Source of the DNA: Chloroflexota bacterium
GTDB taxonomy: Bacteria; Chloroflexota; UBA11872; JBHOQS01
Assembly: GCA_042408875.1 (NCBI GenBank)
Contig: JBHOQS010000015.1
Span: 79,299-143,298 of the forward strand
Direction of reading: 5' to 3'
DNA length: 64,000 bases
Position 1 is the first letter of the stretch. The number at the start of each line of letters is the position of its first letter. A model generated the notes under the pieces. It was not told where the DNA came from. It ran no database searches and saw only the letters and a program-made list of their open reading frames with translations. Positions 46,517 through 55,340 of this stretch are shown here, piece after piece. Position numbers and translations under genes: made by a program.

Positions 46517-48544
46517 GTGAGGGAACCCACCGTGGTCCAGGTTGATGCGGCCCTGAGTGAGCAGGCGTTGCGGTACTGGGAGGCCGTGCTCGCGGGCGCC
46601 GACCCGCAGGCGCCCCTGATCGAGGACTGGCAGCAATGGCACGCTGAGTCGCTCGCGGCAGCTGGTCGCGCTGCTGCGCACCTGTGCCGTGAGTGGCTCC
46701 CGCTTGCCACCTGCATCGAGCGGCTGGGCCGGGGGTTCGAGGCGTGTGTTGGCGCTGCTCGACCGCAGCCCGACGCACAGGCGGCGTTACGCTGTCTTCA
46801 GGAGCTGGTGCTGGCGGTCACTCGCGTCTATGAGACGAGCGGCGGCATGGCGGCGCGAGAGACCGAGCGACTGCTGGCCGCGCGGGTACGTCAGCTTGCT
46901 GCCGTGCACCGGGTCACCTCGGCGGCAAACTCGAGCCTGGATCTGGACCACACGCTTGCCGAGATCGTCGCTGCCGTCCACGAAGTAATCCAGAGCGACC
47001 GGGTGTCGATCTTCTTGTATGATCCGGCGACCGACCGGCTGGTGCTGCGCGCCACCATCGGGCTCAATCCGGCAGCAGTTGGCTCGGTATCGCTGCGGAT
47101 GGGTGAGGGTGTCACCGGCTGGGCCGCGCTCCAGGGCAAGCCCGTGAGCGTGCGGGACGGCTGGACCGACCCGCGCTTCAAGTACGTGCCCGAGCTGGCT
47201 GAGGAGCCCTACCATAGCTTCCTGTCTGTCCCGATCATCCTCTTCACCGGTGGCTCCGACAAGCTGATTGGTGTACTGAATATCCAGACCAAGGAGATCA
47301 AGGACTTCACGCCGGAGGAGATAGCCTTCGCTGAGACAGTGGCTGGCCAGATCGCCATCGCTATTGAGAACGCGCGGTTGTACGAGCAGACCGACGAGCA
47401 ACTCCAGGAGAAGATCCGCCAGCTTGCCACGCTCAGCCGTGTGACGGCCGATATCGCCCGCCATCTTGACGTCCAGACGGTGCTGGACAACATCGCCAGT
47501 GCAGCCGTGACGCTGAGCCGCGCCGACATGGCGGCGATCTTTCGCCTCGACCCCGAGACCGGCGAGCTCTCGATCGTCGCCTCGCATGGCCTGTCTGAGC
47601 AATACCGCTCGATCCGCGTGCGCGTAGGCGAGGGCGCCATTGGCATTGCGGTCGCCACGAAACAGCCAGTGGCGATTACCGATGCACTCACCGACCCCCG
47701 CCTTGCCTTCGTCGCCGAGCAGGTTCGGGACGAGGGCTATCGCTCCATGTTCTGCGTGCCGCTGGTGAGCCGCGACCGCGTCCTCGGTGGTATCTCGCTG
47801 TACACCCGCGAGCGCCACGAATTCAGCCAGGAGCAGATCGACCTGCTGTTCACCTTCGCGAACGAGGCCGCCATTGCTATCGAGAACGCCCAGCTCTACG
47901 AGGAGGCACAGCGCGGGCTAGCAGTGAAGGACATGCTGCTCAAGGAGATGCACCACCGCGTCAAGAACAATCTCCAGACGGTCGCCTCGCTGTTGAAGCT
48001 CCAGATGCGCCACAGTGAGCCGGGCGCTAATGTTGAGCCGCTGGCGCACTCCATCGCCCGTATCGAGAGTATTGCCGCCGTGCATGACCTGCTCTCTCAG
48101 GAGGAAATCGGGCTCACCACGGTCAGGCAGATTGTGCGCAAGATCATTGACATCGCCAGCCACTCCCTGATTGAGCCGCAGGTCCAGGTGCAGTTCAGCA
48201 TCAACGGCGCCGAGGAGCGTATCTCCTCCCGCCACGCCACCGTGCTGGCCCTGGTGCTCAATGAGCTCATCGCCAACGCGGTCACCCATGGCTTCGAGGG
48301 TCGCCAGAGCGGCACCATTCGCATCAGCAGCTCCAGCGATGGTCGGATGCTGCGTATCGAAGTGGCGGACGACGGCATTGGCCTGCCGCCCGGCTTCGAT
48401 GCCGAGCGGGACAAGGGGCTGGGGCTCACCATCATCCGCACGCTCGTCACCGAAGACCTCAAGGGCTGCTTCGAGCTCCGCTCGGCCCCCGGCGGTGGCA
48501 CCGTGGCTATCGTCGTTTTCCCCCATACCCTGGCCGCAGCCTGA
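46517..48544 (+). CDS. GAF-domain sensor histidine kinase (HisKA_2/HWE-type H-box)
   Basis: Two GAF-like regions then H-box MHHRVKNNLQTVASLL and HATPase motifs (LNELIANAVTHGF, DDGIGLP, GLGLTI). Confidence 0.85.
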   Translation: MREPTVVQVDAALSEQALRYWEAVLAGADPQAPLIEDWQQWHAESLAAAGRAAAHLCREWLPLATCIERLGRGFEACVGAARPQPDAQAALRCLQELVLAVTRVYETSGGMAARETERLLAARVRQLAAVHRVTSAANSSLDLDHTLAEIVAAVHEVIQSDRVSIFLYDPATDRLVLRATIGLNPAAVGSVSLRMGEGVTGWAALQGKPVSVRDGWTDPRFKYVPELAEEPYHSFLSVPIILFTGGSDKLIGVLNIQTKEIKDFTPEEIAFAETVAGQIAIAIENARLYEQTDEQLQEKIRQLATLSRVTADIARHLDVQTVLDNIASAAVTLSRADMAAIFRLDPETGELSIVASHGLSEQYRSIRVRVGEGAIGIAVATKQPVAITDALTDPRLAFVAEQVRDEGYRSMFCVPLVSRDRVLGGISLYTRERHEFSQEQIDLLFTFANEAAIAIENAQLYEEAQRGLAVKDMLLKEMHHRVKNNLQTVASLLKLQMRHSEPGANVEPLAHSIARIESIAAVHDLLSQEEIGLTTVRQIVRKIIDIASHSLIEPQVQVQFSINGAEERISSRHATVLALVLNELIANAVTHGFEGRQSGTIRISSSSDGRMLRIEVADDGIGLPPGFDAERDKGLGLTIIRTLVTEDLKGCFELRSAPGGGTVAIVVFPHTLAAA

Positions 48545-48712
48545 GCAGCCTGGCACGTCGATGTGCGTGCTGTACCGCCGGGCCTCTCTCCTCCGGTTGC
48601 CGATCTCTCGTGCACGCGCCGGTGCACGGTGAAACACGTCAACGTGCCTCGTACGTTATGCGTAATGGTATCGCTCGTGAGAGCACGAAGACCCGGCGCA
48701 TGCGAGGTGTCC

Positions 48713-50983
48713 ATGGCTATCGGCTCTGGCACACTCAAGCTCCTCGCGGCGCGCCCGGCCCGCGGGCGTGTCGTAGTCCTCGCGCTTGCCCTGCCCATCG
48801 CACTGCTGGTTACGATCCTTGCAGGAGTAGCCGTCTGGCAGTTCAGCGTGGGCGACCGCATCGTGCCAGGCGTCCGCGCTGCCGGCCTCGATCTCTCCGG
48901 CCGCACGGTCGAGGAGGCGCGGGCACACATTGCCGCGCGGCTGGAGGAGCAGGGTCGGTCGACGCTCACGCTGCTGGCCGGCGAGCAGCGCTTTGCGGCC
49001 ACGCTGAGCGAACTCGGGCTGGAGATCCACCCGGGCGAGGTGGAGACGCTCGCGCTGCGCGCCTGGCAGCTGGGCCGCCGCGGCACCCTCCTGGCACGGC
49101 TCCGCGAGCAGCTTGCCCTGCTGCGCCAGCCGGTCGAGCTCACCGTGCAGACCCAGGTGAACCGCATGCAGCTCGAAGCCACGCTGGCACGCCTGGGCGG
49201 CGAGATCAACCGCCAGCCGGTTGACGCCGCGCTAGTGATCAGCGACGACGTTTCGGTGCCCTCGCGCGCCGTGCAGATCACGGCGTCCCAGCCGGGCCGG
49301 CGCCTGGACGTCGAGGCGAGCATCTATCCGCTGCTCCGGGCCGTCGGGCGCGCCTCCAGCGATCCTGTGGAGCTCATAGTCGATACGATCCCTCCCCGCA
49401 TCGTCGAGGCGGATCTGGAGACGGCACGCCAGCAGGCGATACAGGCGCTCAGCGCACCGTTGCTGCTGGAGCACCAGGGCCGCACCTGGCAGCTTGATCC
49501 GGCCGCCATCGCTGGGATGCTCCAGGTTGCGTACGACGCCGGACCGCCCTACCACCTGTCACTCGACCCGGCGGACGTGCGCGCCTTTGTGGAGAAGGCC
49601 GCGGGTGAGGTTGGTACCCCGGCGCGCAACGCCCGGCTTGAACTCACTGGCACGGAGGTCACCGTACGGCCGGGGACTGCCGGCCTCGTGGTAGACATGG
49701 ATGCCACGGTCGCGGCGCTCCAGCATGCCGTCTTCAGCACCGCGCGCACGGTGCCGCTGGCCGTGCACGCGCGCGAGCCGGCGATCAATGCAGCGGCGCT
49801 CGAGCCGCTCAGGACCCGGGCGAACCGCTTGATCTCGCGACCTGTCACGGTGACGTATGCCGATCAACGCTGGACACTGGAGCCGGCGGATCTGGCGAAG
49901 GCGTTGCGCCTGCCTGACACTGCAAGGGCAGAGAGCGCAGCCCAGCTCAGCGTAGGTCTGGACCAGGCTGCGCTGGAGAAGCAGATCCGCACGCTGGCGG
50001 CGAAGCTGCGTCTTGAGCCCGAGGATGCTGTGCTGGCCGTTCAGGGTACGGAAGTGGTCATCCGGCCGGGCAAGGACGGGCAGGCCGTCGACGCCGCCGC
50101 TGCTGCCCAGGCGGTCATCGCCGCGGTCCAGGCATCCGGCGATGGCCCTATTCCTCCGGTGCCGCTCCGGCTCGTCCCGGTGCAGCCACAGCGCACTGCA
50201 CAGTCGCTGGAGCCGGCGCGCCGGCGCGCGCAGCAGTTGATCGGCGCACCGATCGTGCTACGCTCCGGCACTGCCACGTGGAGCCTCACCCCTGCGGAGC
50301 TGGCCGCGGCGCTCGTCTTCGGGGAGACGAACGATAGGGAGGTTTTCCCGTACCTCAGCCGGTCGAAGATCATCGAGTACCTCCAGCGCCTGGCACCTCA
50401 GATCGAAGCGACGGCCGGGGGGAGCCCTGCTGGTAGCCCTACCCCCACTGGAACGCCCGGCCAGCCCGCCGCGCCGCCCAGGAAAGTTGACCTGGAAAAG
50501 ACCGCCCTGGCAGTGTGGGCTCGTGCCAACAGCGATGACCGCACAGTCACCGTGGAGTTTGTCACCGGGGAGACCGCGCGGCCGGAAGCGCCGCAGAAGA
50601 TGCCGCCGCTGGCCGGCAAGTGGATCGAGGTCAACCTGGCAGCGCAGCGCCTCACCGCGTACGAGGGCGACTGGCCGGTCATGTCCACCCTGATCAGCAG
50701 TGGATTACCTCGCACCCCAACCCCGAAGGGCACGTTCGAGATCTTCACCAAGCTCCGCTACGATGACATGCGCGGTGGCTCCGTGGCCGCGGGCGATTAC
50801 TACTACCTCCCGAAGGTGCCGTACGTGATGTACTTCGCCGCCGGTGGGTATGCGCTGCACGGCACCTACTGGCACAACAACTTCGGCCGGCCGATGAGCC
50901 ACGGCTGCGTGAACCTGACCACCCGAGACGCCGAATGGCTGTTTAACTGGGCCCCAATAGGCACAAAGGTCGTCATTTTCTAG
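48713..50983 (+). CDS. L,D-transpeptidase (YkuD domain) with large N-terminal extracytoplasmic repeat region
   Basis: ORF 48563..50983 trimmed to ATG 48713 with GAGGTG RBS; N-terminal TM anchor; C-terminal HGTYWHNNFGRPMSHGCVNL catalytic His/Cys motif. Confidence 0.8.
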   Translation: MAIGSGTLKLLAARPARGRVVVLALALPIALLVTILAGVAVWQFSVGDRIVPGVRAAGLDLSGRTVEEARAHIAARLEEQGRSTLTLLAGEQRFAATLSELGLEIHPGEVETLALRAWQLGRRGTLLARLREQLALLRQPVELTVQTQVNRMQLEATLARLGGEINRQPVDAALVISDDVSVPSRAVQITASQPGRRLDVEASIYPLLRAVGRASSDPVELIVDTIPPRIVEADLETARQQAIQALSAPLLLEHQGRTWQLDPAAIAGMLQVAYDAGPPYHLSLDPADVRAFVEKAAGEVGTPARNARLELTGTEVTVRPGTAGLVVDMDATVAALQHAVFSTARTVPLAVHAREPAINAAALEPLRTRANRLISRPVTVTYADQRWTLEPADLAKALRLPDTARAESAAQLSVGLDQAALEKQIRTLAAKLRLEPEDAVLAVQGTEVVIRPGKDGQAVDAAAAAQAVIAAVQASGDGPIPPVPLRLVPVQPQRTAQSLEPARRRAQQLIGAPIVLRSGTATWSLTPAELAAALVFGETNDREVFPYLSRSKIIEYLQRLAPQIEATAGGSPAGSPTPTGTPGQPAAPPRKVDLEKTALAVWARANSDDRTVTVEFVTGETARPEAPQKMPPLAGKWIEVNLAAQRLTAYEGDWPVMSTLISSGLPRTPTPKGTFEIFTKLRYDDMRGGSVAAGDYYYLPKVPYVMYFAAGGYALHGTYWHNNFGRPMSHGCVNLTTRDAEWLFNWAPIGTKVVIF

Positions 50984-50989
50984 CGCCAA

Positions 50990-51628
50990 ATGTCCTTGCT
51001 GCCCGCCCGGCGCTGTGTTAAGATTCCCATGCGCCGGAGAGTTGGGCCAGGCACGTACCGAAGTGAACCCGCTGGGGACATAGCGGAGCGACGCGGACCG
51101 CCACCGGCGGTCCGCTTTGCCGATTCGCAGGCGGCAGATGCGTCGCAAGCGGCGCTGGGGATGGTGCCCGGTTCCGGGACCGGGGTGTTTGAGAACGAGG
51201 TGGAGGCAACGCACGTGGCGAAGCCGTCACGGGCGGGCGACCCTGCGAGCGGGCGAGGCACAGGCGGAGCGGCACCGCGGCAGGCAGAGCGTAGCCGAGA
51301 GCGCCTGCCTGATGATGACCCGCTGGCCGTCGTAGCAAACGCGGAAGTCAACACAGCGTTTGCGTTCGCGCTGCGCCAGGCCCTCAAGGAGGCAGCGCCC
51401 GAAAAACCTGAAGCAAAAGAAACAAAAGAAGAAAAGAAGGCTGAGGTCAAGCGGAAGCGCTGCGCCGACTGCTGGAACTGTATTATCTTCAAAGACGAGA
51501 ACGGTCACCTGATGGGCCGCTGCAAGAAGAATCTGTGGCTTAAACCCACGTATTCGTACGAGGACATTAATAACGATCGCGTGCGGCGCTGGCACGCCGA
51601 TTGCCCCGAGTACGACGACAGCGAGTAA
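50990..51628 (+). CDS. Hypothetical protein with Lys/Glu-rich linker and C-terminal Cys/His cluster (zinc-ribbon-like)
   Basis: C-terminus CADCWNCIIFKDENGHLMGRCKKN...RWHADCPEYDD; local drop in GC in the 3' part; start uncertain (GTG 51215 with GGAGG RBS is an alternative). Confidence 0.45.
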   Translation: MSLLPARRCVKIPMRRRVGPGTYRSEPAGDIAERRGPPPAVRFADSQAADASQAALGMVPGSGTGVFENEVEATHVAKPSRAGDPASGRGTGGAAPRQAERSRERLPDDDPLAVVANAEVNTAFAFALRQALKEAAPEKPEAKETKEEKKAEVKRKRCADCWNCIIFKDENGHLMGRCKKNLWLKPTYSYEDINNDRVRRWHADCPEYDDSE

Positions 51629-51661
51629 CAAGCACGCCCACGTATCTGTTCTGGTAGACCG

Positions 51662-51697
51662 AGCGCTGCCCGGCCACAAGCGCGGCCGGGCAGCGCT
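51662..51697 (+). terminator. Intrinsic terminator hairpin
   Basis: agcgctgcccggcc (loop acaagcgc) ggccgggcagcgct, 14-bp perfect stem, followed by ATTTCT. Confidence 0.55.
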
Positions 51698-52115
51698 ATT
51701 TCTGCGCTACGCTAATACGCTACAGCCTCGCTCTTGTCTATCACACCGCGATCTCGCCTGCTGCCGCTCGCGCTGGCATGCCTCTTGCACGGTGTCCCCT
51801 GACGCAACTACCAGGGCTGGTGTGACGATGGTGGAATGGGCTCCGGGTTCTTGAGCGGGTTGCGCAGGCGCAGCAGCCTCTACCTCCTCTGGCGCAGGCA
51901 GCGGTGGTATAGCTTCGGGTGGTCTCCGTTCAGCCGCCTTGCCCGCGCAGCTGCACAGGACCTGGTAGGAGAGGTAGCGCATACGCCACCTCTCCTACCA
52001 CCACAAAGCCAGAGACCACCCGCGTGGCACAGTCCCGAGGCGCAGACGTGACCAAGAACAGTGCCGCGGTCCGCCACCTGCCCATCGCCATCACTGATAG
52101 TCTGGAGAGGTGAGT

Positions 52116-52541
52116 ATGGCAGAGAGCGAGGGCCCCGGCCATACCAGCGCCACGGCTGCGCACATCCTTGTCGTGGATGATAGCGCCCAGATCCGTGCCC
52201 TGCTGGTGGAAGCGCTCCAGCAGGCTGGCTATCGGGTGCATGCCGCTGCGAACGGTGCGGAGGCGCTGGCAATCGTGGAGCGAGACCACGTGGATCTGCT
52301 GCTCCTGGACCTGATGATGCCTCAGATGAGCGGGTGGACCGTGCTCCAGTACCTGAGCCAGTGCTCGCCACCTGTGCCACGCGTCATCGTCATCAGCGCC
52401 GCGGTCAATCTTCGAGGCGTCCAGGGCGCTCCCCTAGTTATTGCAACGCTGCGCAAGCCCTTTGATCTAGAGCACCTGCTTGACCTGGTGGGTAAGGCGA
52501 CCAGCTCCCCTTCGGCTCCACTACCGCCGCCGGCACGCTGA
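52116..52541 (+). CDS. Single-domain response regulator (CheY-like receiver)
   Basis: ATG 52116 with GGAGAGG RBS; ILVVDDS, LLLLDLMMP, VIVISA, LRKPF receiver signatures. Confidence 0.8.
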   Translation: MAESEGPGHTSATAAHILVVDDSAQIRALLVEALQQAGYRVHAAANGAEALAIVERDHVDLLLLDLMMPQMSGWTVLQYLSQCSPPVPRVIVISAAVNLRGVQGAPLVIATLRKPFDLEHLLDLVGKATSSPSAPLPPPAR

Positions 52542-52629
52542 CCGGCATGCGGTGAGCGGCTGCGCTGGCACAGGACAGTGGAGGACGGGAGAGTGCCACC
52601 GCAGCGCGCCGAGGTCTCGCCCGGTGCCC

Positions 52630-53793
52630 TCACCAGGTCTTGGCGTAGACGCCAGACGAAAGCGCTGCGGCAACGCGCTCCTGTGCACGCAGGAGCTCAG
52701 CGTGATAGTCCGGTACCAGCACGCGCTCCAGGTGCCCGTCCACACGCACGAGGTCCCACAGGCCCCAATGGTCGAACCGGCCGGTATGCCATTGCGGGAA
52801 GTCGATGATCGGATACAGGCAGATCCCATGGAGATCGACACCGTGCTCCATGGCCGCTAGCGACTCGTCCACCACATAGCGCAGCCATGGGGCCCGCCAC
52901 TCGCCCCAGCACGCTGTCTCCCCGATGATCATCGGGCGTCCGTAGCGACGGTGGGCGTCGAGCAGTTGCTCTCGCAGCGGTTTGCGCCGCGGGTCACGCA
53001 TGTCCAGCGGCTCGAGCGGCCGGCCGTATTCATACTGGCCGGTCCAGTAGACGTTCACTGCGACGATGTCCAGGTGCCGCGGCGTGCCGCCAAGCTCGGG
53101 CTCGAGCCTGCCACACAGCATATCCCAGCCGTGCCACATATAGCTCTCATAGGTTGCTGCCGCCTCGGCTAGCTCGGGGTGCCCCACCGGCACGGCGACA
53201 TGGATCATCGGGTCCGCATGCACGAACCGGGCATCGGGCTGCACCTGCCAGATGGCGTTCATACCGGCGATGGCCGCCCGCACTAAGCTCTTCTTGAGCT
53301 CCCAGCCGCGCTGGTGCTGGAACGGCGCCCACCAGGCGACCTCGGCCCCAGCCCACGAGAAGAACGAGATCTCGTTCACCGGCGTGTAGAAGCGCGTCTC
53401 CGGGTATTCCCGGCGCACGTGCCGTGCGAACGCCTCGCAGAACCGCGCGAACCGTTCTGCCAGTTGCGGAGAAAAGGGATCGATGTCCTGGGGATACCCG
53501 TAGTGAAACAGGTCCCAGATCTGGACCATGCCCGTGCGGCGCCCGGCGTCGATGAGCGGCTGTATCGCTGAGAAGTCATACTCGCCGGGCACACGCTCGA
53601 TGAGGTTCCACGGTGCGCCTTCGCGCACTGCCTGGATATGTACGGCACGAAGCCGTTGGTAGTCGTCGTAGGCGAAGCGATCGTGCTGCGTTGCCTGAAG
53701 CTGGTTCATCATCCGTCCTTCCCGAGTGACCGGTGTCGAACACTCGAAGCCGGCCAGGAAGAAGCTCGGAAAGAGACGCTCGCGTCCTTCCAT
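52630..53793 (-). CDS. Clan GH-A glycoside hydrolase (GH1/GH5-like TIM barrel)
   Basis: Candidate acid/base NE (YTPVNEISF) and nucleophile E (IIGETACWG) in positions typical for clan GH-A; family not assigned. Confidence 0.55.
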   Translation of the reverse strand: MEGRERLFPSFFLAGFECSTPVTREGRMMNQLQATQHDRFAYDDYQRLRAVHIQAVREGAPWNLIERVPGEYDFSAIQPLIDAGRRTGMVQIWDLFHYGYPQDIDPFSPQLAERFARFCEAFARHVRREYPETRFYTPVNEISFFSWAGAEVAWWAPFQHQRGWELKKSLVRAAIAGMNAIWQVQPDARFVHADPMIHVAVPVGHPELAEAAATYESYMWHGWDMLCGRLEPELGGTPRHLDIVAVNVYWTGQYEYGRPLEPLDMRDPRRKPLREQLLDAHRRYGRPMIIGETACWGEWRAPWLRYVVDESLAAMEHGVDLHGICLYPIIDFPQWHTGRFDHWGLWDLVRVDGHLERVLVPDYHAELLRAQERVAAALSSGVYAKTW

Positions 53794-54030
53794 GACCTCC
53801 TTCTATCCTCCTATCGCGTGCATTGCGTGCCACACGGTCACGCGTCTGCTAGCGAAGGCGCTTTAGCCCCTTTAGCATAGAAACAACGTATAGCAGGAAA
53901 CGTATAGCAGGATTCGTGCCATACGTGGCTACGAAGCCGAAGGCGGTCCCATGCGTCCCACGACGCGCCGGGCATACCGCTCCACCGCCCCGGTAGAACT
54001 TCTCGGATAGATGTTGGATAGATGGCAGCG

Positions 54031-54093
54031 ACATTGTTCATTAAGACATTGCTCATTAAGACATTGTTCATTAATAAGACATTGTTCGTTAAG
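54031..54093. repeat. Tandem 15-bp repeat, 4 copies (acattgttcattaag, one with 3-bp insertion)
   Basis: Copies at 54031, 54046, 54061, 54079 in a low-GC stretch; additional short duplications at 53885..53913 and 54005..54023. Confidence 0.8.
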
Positions 54094-54269
54094 ATGATCG
54101 TCTCGTCTGTGAGCCGGTCGAGCAGGGAGCGGTCGTGTGAGACGAGAAGCAGCGTGCCGGCGAAGTGTCTGAGCGCTGCTTCGATCTGCTCGCGGGTCGG
54201 GATATCCAGATGGGTCGGCTCGCCCAGCAGCCGGACGTCCGGCTGCGTACCATGGATTACTTCCAGCAT
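54075..54269 (-). pseudogene. Remnant of an ABC-type ATPase (Walker B / D-loop / H-loop region only)
   Basis: ORF 53838..54269 begins MLEVIHGTQPDVRLLGEPTHLDIPTREQIEAALRHFAGTLLLVSHDRSLLDRLTDETIIL, resembling the C-terminal end of an ABC nucleotide-binding domain with Walker B Asp replaced by Gly; no Walker A or signature motif; then runs into the tandem repeat. Confidence 0.4.
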
Positions 54270-54607
54270 CGTCTCTCCCTCCCGGTGCCCGGACCGCCGA
54301 GCGCCGCCCGAACGGCAGCGCTGAGAACGCAGCCGCGCCCATGGCAGGATAGGAGTGCAGTCGGGCAGAGAAGGGAAGGACCCGCCGGGTATCTACTGTG
54401 GGGACACGGCTGCGCTTCGCGCGCTACACCGTCTGCACCGTGACTGCGCAGCGTTCTCGGCTGTCCCTTACCGCAGCATCGTACGTCCCGGCCTTGGCGC
54501 GAGGCTTAGACTCGAAAGTAGCCTGTCCGCGGGAACATTGATATACTACGACATCGAGGCCGCGTGCGCAACCTGGGTGAGTTCCGGCAGCGAGAAGCGC
54601 TGGACAC

Positions 54608-55240
54608 ATGATCATTCACGTCTTTACCGGTGGGCCGGTGGCGACGAACGGCTACCTGGTCGTGGACGAGCCCACCCGCCAGGCAATGATCGTGGACGCG
54701 CCGATGGGCGCGGCCCGCGCTATGCTGAGCTGGGTCCATCAGGACCAGGCCACGATCGCCCTCATTGTGGCCACACACGGCCACTGGGACCACATCGTGG
54801 ACCTCGCTGAGCTGCACGAGCGCACCGGCGCGCCGGTAGCTGTCCATCCTGACGATCGCCCCAAGCTTGAGCAGCCGGGCAGCGCGCTGGTTCAACTCCC
54901 CTTCACCATCCGGCCGGTCACGCCGCAGCGGGAGCTCCGGGAGGGGGAGATCGTGGAGACCGGCCTGCTGCGCTTTGAGGTGCTGCACACGCCGGGCCAC
55001 TCACCCGGCGGGATCTGCCTCTATGAGCGCCAGCAGGGAGTGCTCTTCGCCGGGGATACGCTCTTCGCCGGCAGCTATGGCCGCACTGATCTCCCCGATG
55101 CCGATGAGGCGGCGATGATGGCTAGCTTGCGCCGGCTTGCGGCCCTGCCACCTGAGGTGCAAGTCTACAGCGGCCACGGCGAGATGACCACGATCGGGCG
55201 CGAGGCGGGGTGGATCAGACGCCTGGCAGGCAGCAGGTAA
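54608..55240 (+). CDS. MBL-fold metallo-hydrolase (glyoxalase II-like)
   Basis: THGHWDH metal-binding motif, HTPGHSPGG, later conserved Asp/His. Confidence 0.85.
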   Translation: MIIHVFTGGPVATNGYLVVDEPTRQAMIVDAPMGAARAMLSWVHQDQATIALIVATHGHWDHIVDLAELHERTGAPVAVHPDDRPKLEQPGSALVQLPFTIRPVTPQRELREGEIVETGLLRFEVLHTPGHSPGGICLYERQQGVLFAGDTLFAGSYGRTDLPDADEAAMMASLRRLAALPPEVQVYSGHGEMTTIGREAGWIRRLAGSR

Positions 55241-55340
55241 CACTCCAGAGGCAATAATTTTTTTTATTTTATTTTTTCTCATTTTCGTAGGGCCGTACCG
55301 CCAGGGCCGTACATCGGGCAGTCGTGGTGCATCCCGGAAC

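Noticed and set aside
46787-47818. 343-aa minus-strand ORF
   Set aside because: Antisense to the well-supported GAF histidine kinase.
48097-49323. 408-aa minus-strand ORF
   Set aside because: Ser/Arg/Ala-rich antisense frame across the GAF kinase / L,D-transpeptidase junction, with no motifs.
51707-51982. 91-aa minus-strand ORF
   Set aside because: No recognisable motif and it overlaps a region needed for the response-regulator promoter; kept only as context for the RBS-sequestering hairpin finding.
53838-54074. Remainder of ORF 53838..54269 as coding sequence
   Set aside because: Only the first 65 residues resemble an ABC ATPase; the rest is translation of tandem repeats and low-GC spacer, so the whole ORF is treated as a remnant.
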